From NCBI GenBank assembly GCA_963674695.2, contig CAXXGI010000002.1, positions 288,001 to 352,000 of the forward strand: a DNA stretch of 64,000 bases, in the 5' to 3' direction. Positions within the stretch are counted from its first letter, which is position 1. Each line of letters begins with the position of its first letter. The notes under the pieces were generated by a model, which saw only the letters and a list, made by a program, of their open reading frames with translations, was not told the origin of the DNA and did no database searches. Source of the DNA: a bacterium. Lineage in GTDB: Bacteria; UBA10199; 2-02-FULL-44-16; JAAZCA01. Positions 10,483 to 21,341 of this stretch are shown piece by piece. The position numbers and the translations under genes are program-made.

Positions 10483-10980
10483 ATGAGTGCCCATCGTGCC
10501 TTGGATACCATCGATCACATTCTCTTGGATCGCCTGCAGGAGTTGGGGCGTATCAAGCGCAACGAGCTGGCGGAGCTTACGGGGTTGTCGGTTCCCGCTG
10601 TGAGCGAGCGCATGCGCAAGCTCGAGGAGGGCGGGTTCATCTCCGGCTATCACGCCCACGTCGCGCCTCGGACCATCGGGTATGATGTCTGTGCCTTCGT
10701 CAGTGTCACCATCGATGCGGCCCGTCACTATGCCTCATTTCTGAATCATGTGCATGCCACCGAGGAGATCCTCGAGTGTCACGCCATCACGGGCGAGGGG
10801 ACGCACCTGATCAAGGTGCGCGTGAAGAACACCGATGCGCTCGAGGGCTTGCTCATGAACATGCATTCCTGGCCCGGCATCGTGCGCACGGTGACCACCT
10901 TTGTGCTCAGCACGCACAAGGAATCGCTGCGCGTCCCCGTTCCGCACGAGACGAAGAAGAAGTCGACGATCACCCGTTAA
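10483..10980 (+). CDS. Lrp/AsnC family transcriptional regulator
   Basis: LDTIDHILL...[29 protein letters not shown]; ECHAITGE. Confidence 0.93.
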   Translation: MSAHRALDTIDHILLDRLQELGRIKRNELAELTGLSVPAVSERMRKLEEGGFISGYHAHVAPRTIGYDVCAFVSVTIDAARHYASFLNHVHATEEILECHAITGEGTHLIKVRVKNTDALEGLLMNMHSWPGIVRTVTTFVLSTHKESLRVPVPHETKKKSTITR

Positions 10981-11006
10981 CCCCCTACCCAGAGGAGAAA
11001 CAACAT

Positions 11007-12419
11007 ATGTCCATCGCAAAGGCCCTATCGCTCGCGGAAAAACAAAAGGCGCGGATGGTCGACTTCAAGTTCGTCGATTTCCCGGGCGTCTGGCAGCATT
11101 TCTCCGTTCCGCTGACCGAGCTCGATGAAGAGGCGTTCGAAGCAGGGTTCGGCTTCGACGGCTCCTCCATCCGTGGGTGGCAGCCGATCCACGCCTCCGA
11201 CATGCTGATCATTCCCGATGCCACCACCGCGGTGATCGATCCGTTCATGAAGGAGACGACGCTTTCGCTCATCTGTAATATCGTCGATCCGATCACGAAG
11301 GAATCCTATTCGCGCGATCCGCGTCACATCGCCCAGAAGGCCGAGGCGTATGTGCGTTCATCGGGGCTGGCCGATACGGCCTTCTTTGGCGCCGAGGCCG
11401 AATTTTTCATCTTCGATCACATCGCCTTCGATCAGACGGTCAACGAGGGGTTCTATCGAATCGATTCGGACGAGGGGCGTTGGAACAGCGGGTACGAGGG
11501 CGAGCGCAACCTGGGGTATAAGCCGCGCTACAAGGAGGGCTACTTCCCCGTCGCGCCCACCGACAGCCAGCAAGATCTGCGCACCGAGATGGTCCTCGAG
11601 ATGGAGAAGGTTGGCATTCATGTCGAGTGTCAGCATCACGAAGTGGCCACGGCCGGACAGGCTGAGATCGACATGCGCTTTGCGCCGCTGTTGGAGAGCG
11701 GTGACAAGCTGCTCTGGTTTAAATATATCGTGAAGAACGTCGCGCATCGGCACGGAAAGACCGTGACCTTCATGCCCAAGCCTCTCTTCGACGACAACGG
11801 CAGCGGCATGCACACGCACGTTTCGCTCTGGAAGGACGGAAAACCGCTGTTCGCCGGCGATCGTTACGGCGGTCTCTCCGAGATGGCGCTCCACTTTATC
11901 GGCGGCATCCTCAAACACGCGGGGGCGCTGTGTGCCTTCACCAACCCGACGACCAATTCCTATCGTCGACTCGTCCCGGGTTTTGAAGCGCCGATCAACC
12001 TGGCCTATTCCAGCAGCAACCGTTCGGCGGCGGTGCGCATCCCGATGTACTCGGCCAGTCCCAAGGCCAAGCGCATCGAGTTCCGCACGCCCGATCCCTC
12101 GTGCAACGGCTACATGGCCTTCGCCGCCATCCTCATGGCTGGGTTCGACGGCATCCAGAATCGCATCGATCCGGGTGCGGCGATGGACAAGAACATCTAC
12201 AAGCTTTCTCCCGAGGAGATGCGCGACATGCGCCAGGTACCGGCGTCGCTGGCCGATGCCCTTGAGGCGCTGCGCGAAGACCATGAGTTTCTTCTGCGCG
12301 GCGATGTCTTCACGCAGGACGTCGTCGACACCTGGCTCGATTACAAGATGGAGCATGAGGTCGCGCCCATGCGCCTGCGTCCGGTGCCGTACGAGTTTAG
12401 TTTGTACTATGACATCTAG
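11007..12419 (+). CDS. glnA: Glutamine synthetase type I
   Basis: [40 protein letters not shown]; adenylylation-site KNIY; GAGGAG RBS. Confidence 0.97.
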   Translation: MSIAKALSLAEKQKARMVDFKFVDFPGVWQHFSVPLTELDEEAFEAGFGFDGSSIRGWQPIHASDMLIIPDATTAVIDPFMKETTLSLICNIVDPITKESYSRDPRHIAQKAEAYVRSSGLADTAFFGAEAEFFIFDHIAFDQTVNEGFYRIDSDEGRWNSGYEGERNLGYKPRYKEGYFPVAPTDSQQDLRTEMVLEMEKVGIHVECQHHEVATAGQAEIDMRFAPLLESGDKLLWFKYIVKNVAHRHGKTVTFMPKPLFDDNGSGMHTHVSLWKDGKPLFAGDRYGGLSEMALHFIGGILKHAGALCAFTNPTTNSYRRLVPGFEAPINLAYSSSNRSAAVRIPMYSASPKAKRIEFRTPDPSCNGYMAFAAILMAGFDGIQNRIDPGAAMDKNIYKLSPEEMRDMRQVPASLADALEALREDHEFLLRGDVFTQDVVDTWLDYKMEHEVAPMRLRPVPYEFSLYYDI

Positions 12420-12460
12420 TGGGATGGCTGAATCGTGAGATGGCGAGATCGCTTACGATC

Positions 12461-12524
12461 AAAAAAGGCCCGGTCTGAATGCCGTGAGCAGGGGGAGATT
12501 GCCATGGCACCAGACCGGGCTTTT
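12461..12524. terminator. Long bidirectional hairpin terminator between glnA and the S8 protease
   Basis: AAAAAAGGCCCGGTCTG...CAGACCGGGCTTTT with inner stem TGCCGTG/CATGGCA. Confidence 0.7.
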
Positions 12525-12544
12525 GTATGCGGCAGTTATAATCG

Positions 12545-14698
12545 CTATGCCGCGCGTTTGCGTCGTCGTGATGCGATCGCGATCGGTGTGAGCGCCAGTC
12601 CGATCAGCATCCACTCCAATCCATTCCCGAAGGGGGCTGCCGGGCTGAGCGTGCAGCCCGCTTTCTTCGCACCCCCCGCGCTATCCGGCGGGGCCAGTCC
12701 CTCGTTGGCATCGAAACTTCCGGATGCCGCGTTTTGCAGCGCCAACTCCATCGCGGCCAGGGCGTCGAGTTTGCCCGCGCCCCAGCGATCGGCGGAACCG
12801 CCGGAGACCTTCTCATCGACATAGGCGGTCTCCAGCAAAAATCGCTTCACATCCGTGTGCGTGTAGTTCGGATCGGCCGAGAACATCAGGGCGATCGTCC
12901 CCGTGACAAACGGCGCGGCCATGCTCGTTCCCGCCATCAGGAAGTGGGCGCCGTCGCTCATCATGAGCAGACTATTCGGTGTGGTCAGTCCGGACAGCGT
13001 CGAGGCGATCATGCCGCCGGGGGCCGCAATATCGGGTTTGGAGCCGGTCGCCGCTGGGTCGGCGCTGGGTCCTGCGCTTGAAAACGAGAGCAGGTCATCG
13101 AGCTGATGCGAGACACGGCAGCAGCCGGGGCCGCCCTCCCATTGGGTGCGCGAGGCATATCCGGCAACCGCGATGATGTCGCGTGCGGTAGCGGGCACGG
13201 CGACACTCGATTGGCGATCGCCCGGCAGATAGGTCCACGTCGCCCCGTCGCTTCCCGCATGTGTTCCCGCGGTGCTCGTGAACTGTACGGTCGCGGCCGG
13301 TTTGTCCGGGAAGAGCCAGGCGTCGAAGTGTCCCTGTCCTTTCACGACCAGATCGAAGCTGTAGTTCGAGACATTCTGAAAACTGCTGTCCAGAATGATG
13401 CGCACGCCGATGTGCGGCTTTCCGTTTAAAGCCGATGCCGTCTCTCTCGCGTTGATCACGTAGCGGATCTTTCCGTCCAGGAGCGAGCCGGAACGGCGAT
13501 CGCCTGGGGCGATCAGATCGGTGAATCCGACCACGGGGGCGTCATCATCGAGGGAGCCGCTACGCACGGCCAGCCCTGCGCTCAGGTCGCTGCCGCTCGT
13601 CCCCCAAAAATCGATGTAGTAGATTCGGTCGCTGGTGATCTCTCGGATCTCAAAGTTGGTGGCACTCGTCCCATCGATGTCGCCACCGGCGTGGATGCCG
13701 GTGTAGGTGGTGTCGGTCGTGTGTTCATTGCCCGCCGCCGCGACGATGGCGCGTCCGGCCGAACCCTGAATGAGTCCCGAGAGACACTCCTCGAAGAGTG
13801 AGGTGCCGTCATGCGGTCCGATGTGCGTGCCCAGACTTAAGTTGATGACCGCGGGGAGTCCCAGCTCATCGGCCTTGGTAAAGATGTAGTAGGCGGCCTG
13901 ACAGATCTTCGTTGAGAAGATCGGATTGGCATATCCCGAATCGAGTTCGAGGCTCGAGTCGTAGCTCACCACGATGATGTTGGCGTCCGGCGCGACGCCG
14001 CGATAGGCCTCGTTGCGCGACGCGGCGATGCCGGAGACGTGCGTGCCGTGACCATCGCTATCGAAGAGCGGGCAGATGCCATCGGTGATCGAGGCTGAGT
14101 CGCATTCGGTGCCGAAGCTGAATTCGAGTTCCTCCGGCGTGGGACCGCCGCCGCGATTCTGATCCCAGATCGAGAGGATGCGATTGTTTCCATCGGCATC
14201 GCGAAAATCCGGATGCGTATAATCGATACCGGTGTCGATGACGCCGACGACGACATTCTTTCCCGTGAAGGCGACGGGCAACCCTGCCGTGCCCGCATGA
14301 ATCTCGGTGACGCCAATTTCAGTGCCGGCGACATCGCTCTTGCGCTGCAAGGGCTTGTCCGCTTCGACGAATTGCACCGCGTCCATTTCGGCCAGCCCTG
14401 CGATCATCGATGTGGGAATCGTTGCCGTGAGGATCTGGCCCACGATCATGTGGACCTGCCCGCCCATCTCGACGATCGCGGTGCGCGTCTCATCAGGGCG
14501 GACGGACTTAATGAAGAGGCTCTGGGCGATATCGATGGCGGCGGTGTCGGCGATGGCGTTCGCGCCGATTCCCATCGCCTTGATCGGTGCCCCTGTTTCC
14601 GTCAGATCGAAGAAGGCGTCGAGTTTGTCCGATGCCCCGGCGGTCGACGCCAGGGAGATGAGACAAATAGCTGAAATTGTTGAAATAGTAGATTTCAC
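12545..14698 (-). CDS. Secreted S8 subtilisin-family serine protease with C-terminal GC-TM-basic (MYXO-CTERM-like) anchor
   Basis: IDTGID, GHGTHVSG, AAAGNE and GTSMAAP catalytic motifs; signal peptide from GTG 14698; tail KKAGCTLS...hydrophobic...RRRKR. Confidence 0.92.
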   Translation of the reverse strand: MKSTISTISAICLISLASTAGASDKLDAFFDLTETGAPIKAMGIGANAIADTAAIDIAQSLFIKSVRPDETRTAIVEMGGQVHMIVGQILTATIPTSMIAGLAEMDAVQFVEADKPLQRKSDVAGTEIGVTEIHAGTAGLPVAFTGKNVVVGVIDTGIDYTHPDFRDADGNNRILSIWDQNRGGGPTPEELEFSFGTECDSASITDGICPLFDSDGHGTHVSGIAASRNEAYRGVAPDANIIVVSYDSSLELDSGYANPIFSTKICQAAYYIFTKADELGLPAVINLSLGTHIGPHDGTSLFEECLSGLIQGSAGRAIVAAAGNEHTTDTTYTGIHAGGDIDGTSATNFEIREITSDRIYYIDFWGTSGSDLSAGLAVRSGSLDDDAPVVGFTDLIAPGDRRSGSLLDGKIRYVINARETASALNGKPHIGVRIILDSSFQNVSNYSFDLVVKGQGHFDAWLFPDKPAATVQFTSTAGTHAGSDGATWTYLPGDRQSSVAVPATARDIIAVAGYASRTQWEGGPGCCRVSHQLDDLLSFSSAGPSADPAATGSKPDIAAPGGMIASTLSGLTTPNSLLMMSDGAHFLMAGTSMAAPFVTGTIALMFSADPNYTHTDVKRFLLETAYVDEKVSGGSADRWGAGKLDALAAMELALQNAASGSFDANEGLAPPDSAGGAKKAGCTLSPAAPFGNGLEWMLIGLALTPIAIASRRRKRAA

Positions 14699-14721
14699 CG
14701 AGTCCCCTCTGCTCACTACAG

Positions 14722-14748
14722 GTATCGGCAGATTTCGGAAATAGTTGC
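14722..14748 (-). promoter_or_regulatory. Sigma28-like promoter of the S8 protease
   Basis: GCAAC-N14-GCCGATAC upstream of the start codon. Confidence 0.55.
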
Positions 14749-14862
14749 CCGATAATTCTGCTCTCGGAAATAAAAATATTTTTTTCGCATTCGGCCCAAA
14801 AAAGCGCGCAACTTTTTTATATCGCCGAGACAAAATGACGTCGAAATGTCAGCGAACGGGAC

Positions 14863-14895
14863 AAAAAAACGGGGCGAGAAATCCTCGCCCCGTTT
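14863..14895 (-). terminator. Rho-independent terminator downstream of the MFS gene
   Basis: CGGGGCGAG stem, then T7 on the minus strand. Confidence 0.75.
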
Positions 14896-14910
14896 CAGAT
14901 TGCTGAAGTT

Positions 14911-15008
14911 TGTCATTCCCGCGAAAGCGGGAATCTCGCTTTTTACGGTACATCGAGATCCCCGCTGGAGCCTGCCTTCGAATGATTGAATCGGAGGCGG
15001 GGATGACA
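14911..15008. repeat. REP-like GTCATTCCCGC...GGATGAC palindromic repeat, copy 1
   Basis: TGTCATTCCCGCGAAAGCGGGAATC...GAGATCCCC...GGGGATGACA. Confidence 0.85.
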
Positions 15009-15017
15009 AAAACACCC

Positions 15018-16301
15018 CTACGACGCTTGCGTCTGCATGTGGTCCGCGTTTGCAGGCGCTTTCGCATGGTGCGGTGGCCGAATCACGGCGATGATGCCGG
15101 CGGCAACGAGACAAGCTGCGCCGCAGATCGTAAAGGCAAGCGGGAAGTTGCCCATGTCGCCAAGTTTTCCCCCGAGCATCGGCCCCACGATTCCGCCGAT
15201 GCCGTAGGCAAGAAAGACCCAGCCGTAGTTCTGACCGATGTTCTTCGCGCCAAAGGTCCCGGCCGTGATGACGGGAAAGAGCGCGAAGTTGCCGCCGAAG
15301 TTGAAGCCGATGAGCGCAGCAAAGAGATAGAGCGTTGCGGTGGAGCCGGCCATCCACTGGAAGAGGATGACGAAGATGCCCTGCGTCGCCATCATGATGG
15401 CGATGGATTTCTTTGCCCCGAGCCAGTCGGAAATCGTACCCCACGCGACCCGACCGATGCCATTGGACAGCGAGAAGAAGACGGCCATGGCCGTACCGGC
15501 GACTGCACTCGCGGTCATCTCATTCATGCCGTGCGCCACGAGCGCTTGCATCGGGAAGAGCTTCATGAGTCCGATGCTCATCAGTCCTGCGCTTGCGCCA
15601 AAAGCGAAGGTCAGCAGGATCATATAGAACTGCGGCGTGGCGAGCATTTCGCCGGACGTGAAATCCTCCTTGGCGCCCGCGGTTTTTCCTGCGGCCGAAA
15701 CGGGCGGCTGCCAACCGGCGGGTTTCCATCCCTCGCGTGGGAAGACCATCCAGATGCCGCCAACGATGACGGCGATGCCGAAAATGATGCCGTAGATGAA
15801 AAAGGTTGTTTGGAGGCCGAAATCCGCGATGAGATGTCCCCAGGCGCCCGCGAGTTTGACCCAGAGCATGGCTCCAAAGCCAAAACCGGCGACGGCAAGC
15901 CCGGTGATAAGACCCTTGTGGTCTGGATACCAACGCATACCAACGGCGATGGGGACGACATAGGCGAGTCCGATACCGGAACCGCCGATAACACCGATGC
16001 ACAGGAGAATCGGCCAGAAACTCGTTCCGCCGAAGAGGCCGGCCAGGATGTAGCCAGCGCCGAGCACGATGCCGCCGAGCATCGTGAGTTTTCGGGGGCC
16101 AATCTTTGGCATAAGTCGTCCGGCGATCACCATGACGATGGCAAAGAAGGCAAGTCCTGCGGCGAAGACAGCCTGTGTCTCGGCCTTCGTCCATCCTGCT
16201 TCCACGAGGGGCTTCGTAAAGACCGACCAGGCGTAGATGGCACCGAGGCAAAGCTGCACGAGCAGCGCTCCGATGACGACGATCCAGCGTTTCCGTTCCA
16301 T
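15018..16301 (-). CDS. MFS transporter, oxalate/formate antiporter (OFA)-like
   Basis: LCLGAIYAWSVF, WYPDHKGLITGLAVAGFG, FGAKNIGQNYG; 12 TM segments. Confidence 0.9.
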   Translation of the reverse strand: MERKRWIVVIGALLVQLCLGAIYAWSVFTKPLVEAGWTKAETQAVFAAGLAFFAIVMVIAGRLMPKIGPRKLTMLGGIVLGAGYILAGLFGGTSFWPILLCIGVIGGSGIGLAYVVPIAVGMRWYPDHKGLITGLAVAGFGFGAMLWVKLAGAWGHLIADFGLQTTFFIYGIIFGIAVIVGGIWMVFPREGWKPAGWQPPVSAAGKTAGAKEDFTSGEMLATPQFYMILLTFAFGASAGLMSIGLMKLFPMQALVAHGMNEMTASAVAGTAMAVFFSLSNGIGRVAWGTISDWLGAKKSIAIMMATQGIFVILFQWMAGSTATLYLFAALIGFNFGGNFALFPVITAGTFGAKNIGQNYGWVFLAYGIGGIVGPMLGGKLGDMGNFPLAFTICGAACLVAAGIIAVIRPPHHAKAPANADHMQTQAS

Positions 16302-16513
16302 GAGAATCCTCCTTGAAGTGGTGCAGTTAGGTGGCGCGTGTGTAGCCCCAGAGACCTGCGCTGTCAAGTTGTGCAGATGCAGGCGCAATTACGCAAAGCG
16401 TGTGTTTCTGCGGCCGCCCGGGTTGTGGCCGCCCCCTTTTTCGTTGCACCGCTCGCTTCATCAATGCTACATCATGGTCATCTGAAGGCATTCACCTGAT
16501 AAAGGGGGGGTTC

Positions 16514-17548
16514 ATGAAGCGGACGACGATTTTTGCCATCAGCCTTATGCTCGTGGCGGCACTCGCTGGTTGTAACAAATTCACATCATCAGCATCATCG
16601 ACGCCGGCCCTGCCGGCAAGCGCTGGCGCGCCCGACGCAGTGGCGGCGACCGTCGGTGAGATCACCATCACCAACGCCGATCTCGACGAGGCGGCCAAAA
16701 CGCAGCTCCAGCGCGTGCAGACCGAGATCTTTAAGATCCGCAAAGGTACGCTCAACGGCTTGGTCGAGGAGAAGCTCATCGAATTCGCGGCCAAGAAGAA
16801 GGGCCAGAGCCCGGAGGCGTTTGTCGCCGCCGAGGTGAGCGTCCAGGAGCCCTCCGATCAGGAGGTGCAGGCCCTCTATGATGCGCGCAAGGGGCGCATC
16901 AATAAACCGTTCGCCGAGGTCAAGGGGCAGCTCAAGGAATACCTCATGCGCAACCGCGAGGCGCGCGCGCGCGCCGATCTGATTGCGCGGTTGAAGAAGG
17001 AGACCCCGGTTTCCATCAAGCTCGAGGCGCCGCGGGTGAAGATCGACACGGCGGGAGCGCCCGGCACGGGAACCGAGAACGCCAAGATCCAGCTCGTGGA
17101 ATTCTCCGATTATCAGTGCCCGTTCTGTAAGCGCGTGCGCCAGACGATCTGGGATCTGATGGATCAGTACAAGGGCAACATCGAATACATCTTCATGGAT
17201 TTCCCGCTCTCCTTTCACAAGGAGGCCAAGAAGGCGCACGAGGCCGCGCGGTGTGCGGGCGATCAGGATAAATATTATGAATTCAACCGCAAGCTCTTCG
17301 AAAACCAGCGGGCGATCAGCGTGGCTGAACTCAAGAACTACGCCAAGGAACTCAAGCTCGACACGAAGAAGTTCGACGCCTGTCTCGATAGCGGTGAAAA
17401 GGCCAAGATCGTCGAGGATTTCACCGCGCGCGGGGCGAGCGCGGGCGTGTCGGGAACGCCGGCTTTTTTCATCAACGGCATCATGATCTCCGGGGCACAG
17501 CCCAAAGAGGCCTTCACGGTGATCATCGATGAAGAACTGAAGAAATAG
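16514..17548 (+). CDS. DsbA-like thioredoxin lipoprotein with N-terminal helical domain
   Basis: Lipobox LAGC; EFSDYQCPFC; GVSGTPAFFING. Confidence 0.9.
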   Translation: MKRTTIFAISLMLVAALAGCNKFTSSASSTPALPASAGAPDAVAATVGEITITNADLDEAAKTQLQRVQTEIFKIRKGTLNGLVEEKLIEFAAKKKGQSPEAFVAAEVSVQEPSDQEVQALYDARKGRINKPFAEVKGQLKEYLMRNREARARADLIARLKKETPVSIKLEAPRVKIDTAGAPGTGTENAKIQLVEFSDYQCPFCKRVRQTIWDLMDQYKGNIEYIFMDFPLSFHKEAKKAHEAARCAGDQDKYYEFNRKLFENQRAISVAELKNYAKELKLDTKKFDACLDSGEKAKIVEDFTARGASAGVSGTPAFFINGIMISGAQPKEAFTVIIDEELKK

Positions 17549-17581
17549 CCAACGATGGCTTGTTGCGTACAATCATAACGG

Positions 17582-17616
17582 ACCCCGCCCCTCTCATGAT
17601 GGGCGGGGTTTGTTCT
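17582..17616 (+). terminator. Hairpin terminator
   Basis: ACCCCGCCC...GGGCGGGGT followed by a T-rich tail. Confidence 0.6.
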
Positions 17617-17644
17617 TCTCTCACATATTCAAGGAGCTGTGCTT

Positions 17645-18925
17645 ATGCTGGATCTGAATTTCATCCGCGACAACATCGATGCCGTTCGTAAAAATTCTGC
17701 GGCGCGAAACGTCACCGTCGATTTCGATCGTCTGCTCGGGCTCGACGAAGAGCGTCGGCGCAACATTCAGGCGCTCGAAGAGCTTCGCCGTCAGCAGAAC
17801 GAGACAGCCAAGGTGATGAAGGGAAAACTCCCGCCCGATGAGCGCGACTCCTTCATCGCCAAAGGGCGTGAGCTGAAAGAGAAGGCGGCCGAACTCGATC
17901 GCACGCTCGCCGATGTGCAACACGAACTCGATGCCCTCGTGCGCCAGGTGCCCAACATGACGCACCCGGATTCACCTGTCGGTGCCACCGAAGAGGAGAG
18001 TCGTGAGCTTCGCACGTGGGGCAAGCCGCGCGCGTTCGACTTCACGCCACTCGACCACGTGCAGCTCGGGGAAAAACTCGACCTCATCGACTTCGAGTCG
18101 GGCGCGAAGGTGGCGGGGCAAAAATTCTACTACCTCAAAAACGAAGCGGTGCTTTTGGAGCAGGCGCTCATCGGCTATGCGCTGGCGACCCTCATGCCGG
18201 AGGGATTCACCCCCATCATGACGCCGGACGTGGCGCGCGCCGAGATCCTCGACGGTATCGGGTTCAATCCGCGCGGCGAGGAGACGCAGATCTACTCGAT
18301 TGAAAAGAGCGACCTCTGTCTCATCGCCACCGCCGAGATCACACTCGGCGGCATGTTGGGCGACAAGATCCTGAACGAGTCCGAACTTCCGCTGAAGTTC
18401 GCGGGCATCTCGCACTGCTTCCGCACCGAGGCGGGTGCGGCCGGTCGCGAGAGCCGCGGCCTCTATCGCGTCCACCAGTTTACGAAGATCGAGATGTTCG
18501 CCTTCACGACTCCGGAGGAGTCCGAGGCGATGCACGAAAAACTCCTCGCACTCGAAGAGCGCCTCTTTCAGGGCTTGGGCATTCCCTATCGCGTCCTCGA
18601 TATCTGCACCGGGGATATGGGTGGACCCGCGTATCGCAAGTTCGACCTCGAGGCCTGGATGCCCGGCCGCGGCGAGGGTGGCGCCTATGGCGAGGTGACC
18701 TCCACCTCGAATTGCACCGACTATCAGTCACGCCGACTCGGCATTCGCTTCCGTCGCGAGGGAGAGAAAAAGCCGCAACTGGTGCACATGCTCAACGGCA
18801 CGGCCATCGCCGTGAGCCGCGCGCTCATCGCCATCCTCGAAAACTTCCAGCAGGCCGACGGATCCGTCACGATCCCCGAGCGGCTTCGCCCCTTCATGGG
18901 CGGCATGGAACGCATTGACCGCTGA
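17645..18925 (+). CDS. serS: Seryl-tRNA synthetase
   Basis: MLDLNFIR, LIATAE, CFRTEAG, GLYRVHQFTKIE, SNCTDYQSRR, HMLNGTAIA. Confidence 0.97.
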   Translation: MLDLNFIRDNIDAVRKNSAARNVTVDFDRLLGLDEERRRNIQALEELRRQQNETAKVMKGKLPPDERDSFIAKGRELKEKAAELDRTLADVQHELDALVRQVPNMTHPDSPVGATEEESRELRTWGKPRAFDFTPLDHVQLGEKLDLIDFESGAKVAGQKFYYLKNEAVLLEQALIGYALATLMPEGFTPIMTPDVARAEILDGIGFNPRGEETQIYSIEKSDLCLIATAEITLGGMLGDKILNESELPLKFAGISHCFRTEAGAAGRESRGLYRVHQFTKIEMFAFTTPEESEAMHEKLLALEERLFQGLGIPYRVLDICTGDMGGPAYRKFDLEAWMPGRGEGGAYGEVTSTSNCTDYQSRRLGIRFRREGEKKPQLVHMLNGTAIAVSRALIAILENFQQADGSVTIPERLRPFMGGMERIDR

Positions 18926-19042
18926 TCTCGGGTTGTCGGCATTTTGACGACCATCTTTTTCATCTCCAATTCTTTTGACGGTCTCGGTGTGAGACACTTC
19001 TATATTGCTATATATTTCAAATAGTTCGATCATGCTCTTGGC

Positions 19043-19058
19043 TGGCACTTTTTATGCA
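19043..19058 (+). promoter_or_regulatory. Sigma54 -24/-12 promoter candidate
   Basis: TGGCAC-TTTTTA-TGCA with GG-N10-GC spacing, ~40 bp upstream of the lipoprotein gene. Confidence 0.55.
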
Positions 19059-19099
19059 TATACAGTACTGTTGTTCATCATTATTATTAGGAGGTCGCC

Positions 19100-20635
19100 A
19101 TGAAACATCTGCTCCGGTTGATCCTGTTTTCGATCCTCGTCGTTGGCATCGCGTCCTGTCATCCGTCGGCAGATGATTCAACCGCCGGGATGGGGGGGAG
19201 CGTCGGTGGCGGCGATGGGGGCGGGGGGGAACTGGCCGTCACCACGGGTCTTGCTGCGTTGCAGGCACAGGATCTGGACGCGGCCGAGGCGGCCTTCTGT
19301 GGAGCGACCGATGTGAGCGCGCAGGTGGTCGGCAAGGCCAAGGCCTCCGGCGGGGATGGGTCGAATACGCCTGCCTGCTTCGGTTGTGCGATGGTGCGTT
19401 TTTTCAAGCTCTGGGAATCCGATCCGGTCAATCGCATTCTGCAGGGGATGGGCGAGCAACCCCTCGATGTGGACACCCAGATCTTCGGCGAAACCGGCCT
19501 CTTCGCCAAGATGGCTGCGCGGCACAGCCCTTCCTATCTCTTCAACGGAGAGCCGATTTGTTACAACAATCTTCCCTTCATACACGGAGAGTGCCTCTAT
19601 GAGGAACACGAGGCGACGAGAAGCAAGTGCAACGAGTGGAACGAGGATGGTGATTGTTTAGACTGGGGCGAGGAAGCGTATATCTGGGCCGATTGGAAAG
19701 ACGGAACGGGAGTCGGTGTTGATGATCTCGTTCCCTCCATCCTCTGCGGGATGAAGGCGAATGGCTATAGGATGGACGAACTGCGCAACGACCTCATGCT
19801 GATCACGGCGGAGCTTGCGTCTATCAAAGCAATTCTGGTACCGGCCGTGAATGATGCCGATTTTAATTTCACGATTCCAAAGGAATTGTTTCATGGGAAT
19901 CGCGATGTGGCCATCGATTCAATCGACCTCAAGTTCTTTTCTTCCGGATTTGATATCGGCATCTTCGCGACGACGATGGCGACCTTCTACGACATCGGCG
20001 TCGGTCCTCAAATCTGCATCGATGGAAAACTCAATCGCGAGGCGGCGTACAATGCCTTCAATGCGATCGGTAGTATACAGGCGTATCCGCTCATGACGCT
20101 TTTGAACAAGGAAGCCGTGCAGGGACAGAAGGCCGTAGTCGAGAGCCTTCTTCCGATGCTCAAGACCGCATTGACCGAAGCCCTGGCGGTTTATCCGGGC
20201 GAGACGCCTTCCGGGCAGACTCGCGCGAGCACCGGTTCGGATGCGACGATGGCCAGAATCGATTGGGCCAAAGTCCTTCTGTCGCTCAAGCATCGTTTGT
20301 ACTGCAATATTCATGAACCGCACAACTGGACCTGTTGGGTAAATTCGCGTCAGGAAGGACATGAGAAGATTTTCAAAGATGGTCTTGAGTTGGTCGACGA
20401 TCTGCAAGCATCCATGCTCGACTATACGCGCATCCTCGATAGTAAGAGGATGACGATCAATCTCGGAAACTTCTTCGCCGATCCGCCGGGTGCCGGCGAT
20501 GTACCCCAACTGCCGATGGCGAAAAAGTTGAACTCCTCTTATGAATGGGTCGGCGGACGGTTTCCTTTCGTGCCCGTCGATACCTTTTGGAAGAAACTCA
20601 CGGAGGGCTTCGTCAAATTGACGCCTGACTCATAA
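19100..20635 (+). CDS. Hypothetical lipoprotein (511 aa)
   Basis: GGAGG RBS; lipobox IASC; Gly-rich linker; no recognised domain. Confidence 0.75.
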   Translation: MKHLLRLILFSILVVGIASCHPSADDSTAGMGGSVGGGDGGGGELAVTTGLAALQAQDLDAAEAAFCGATDVSAQVVGKAKASGGDGSNTPACFGCAMVRFFKLWESDPVNRILQGMGEQPLDVDTQIFGETGLFAKMAARHSPSYLFNGEPICYNNLPFIHGECLYEEHEATRSKCNEWNEDGDCLDWGEEAYIWADWKDGTGVGVDDLVPSILCGMKANGYRMDELRNDLMLITAELASIKAILVPAVNDADFNFTIPKELFHGNRDVAIDSIDLKFFSSGFDIGIFATTMATFYDIGVGPQICIDGKLNREAAYNAFNAIGSIQAYPLMTLLNKEAVQGQKAVVESLLPMLKTALTEALAVYPGETPSGQTRASTGSDATMARIDWAKVLLSLKHRLYCNIHEPHNWTCWVNSRQEGHEKIFKDGLELVDDLQASMLDYTRILDSKRMTINLGNFFADPPGAGDVPQLPMAKKLNSSYEWVGGRFPFVPVDTFWKKLTEGFVKLTPDS

Positions 20636-20696
20636 GTGTTTGTGGCATGACCTGACAACGAATACGAAAGATATCCGCAGATACATTTGTGACGAT

Positions 20697-21341
20697 ATGC
20701 GTTTTCTGCTCATCATGCTCAGCGTTTTCTTTGCCTGTACCGTTTCCGCTGCGGCCTCTGACACGACGCCGCAGCGGCTTTGCAAGCAGCTGCGGCGTGA
20801 GGCTTCGGCCATTGTCATGACGCCCGAATTGAGTGCACGCCTTGCGCTCACACATATCTTCTTTGCGGAGCATTTTGCGACACCGGAGTTTCTTTCGCAT
20901 ACCCTCTGGGATGATTGGAAGAAGCTCGATGCCGAAAAGCGTGCACACTTAATCGATGTCTTTCAAACGGTATTGGCCAAAAACATCGTACGCAGGCTCT
21001 CCGATACGAAGGCGGCGGAGCTTTCCCCCTTTCGTCTGTTGCGCATCGATACGGTTGATGGGGCGCGCATTGGACGCTATCGGGGGAAATTTCGGGGAAC
21101 GGATGTCTCCTTCGATATTCTCTTGATTCCGATCGAGGGCTCCTGGAAGATCGTCGATGTGACCATCGAGGGCGCGAGCATGCGTGTGAACTACGAAGGA
21201 CATTTTGGGTACCTCATCAATAAATACGGCATCGACGGCCTGATCGCACGCGTGGAGCGTGCGGCGGAAAAGCCGCTGTCGGTAAAAGGGAGTGACGATG
21301 GCATTCACCGTCAAGATCATCGAGGCGACGAGCCCCTATGA
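20697..21341 (+). CDS. MlaC/Ttg2D-like periplasmic protein
   Basis: Signal peptide; WKKLDAEKRAHLIDVF; WKIVDVTIEGASMRVNY...GIDGLI. Confidence 0.75.
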   Translation: MRFLLIMLSVFFACTVSAAASDTTPQRLCKQLRREASAIVMTPELSARLALTHIFFAEHFATPEFLSHTLWDDWKKLDAEKRAHLIDVFQTVLAKNIVRRLSDTKAAELSPFRLLRIDTVDGARIGRYRGKFRGTDVSFDILLIPIEGSWKIVDVTIEGASMRVNYEGHFGYLINKYGIDGLIARVERAAEKPLSVKGSDDGIHRQDHRGDEPL

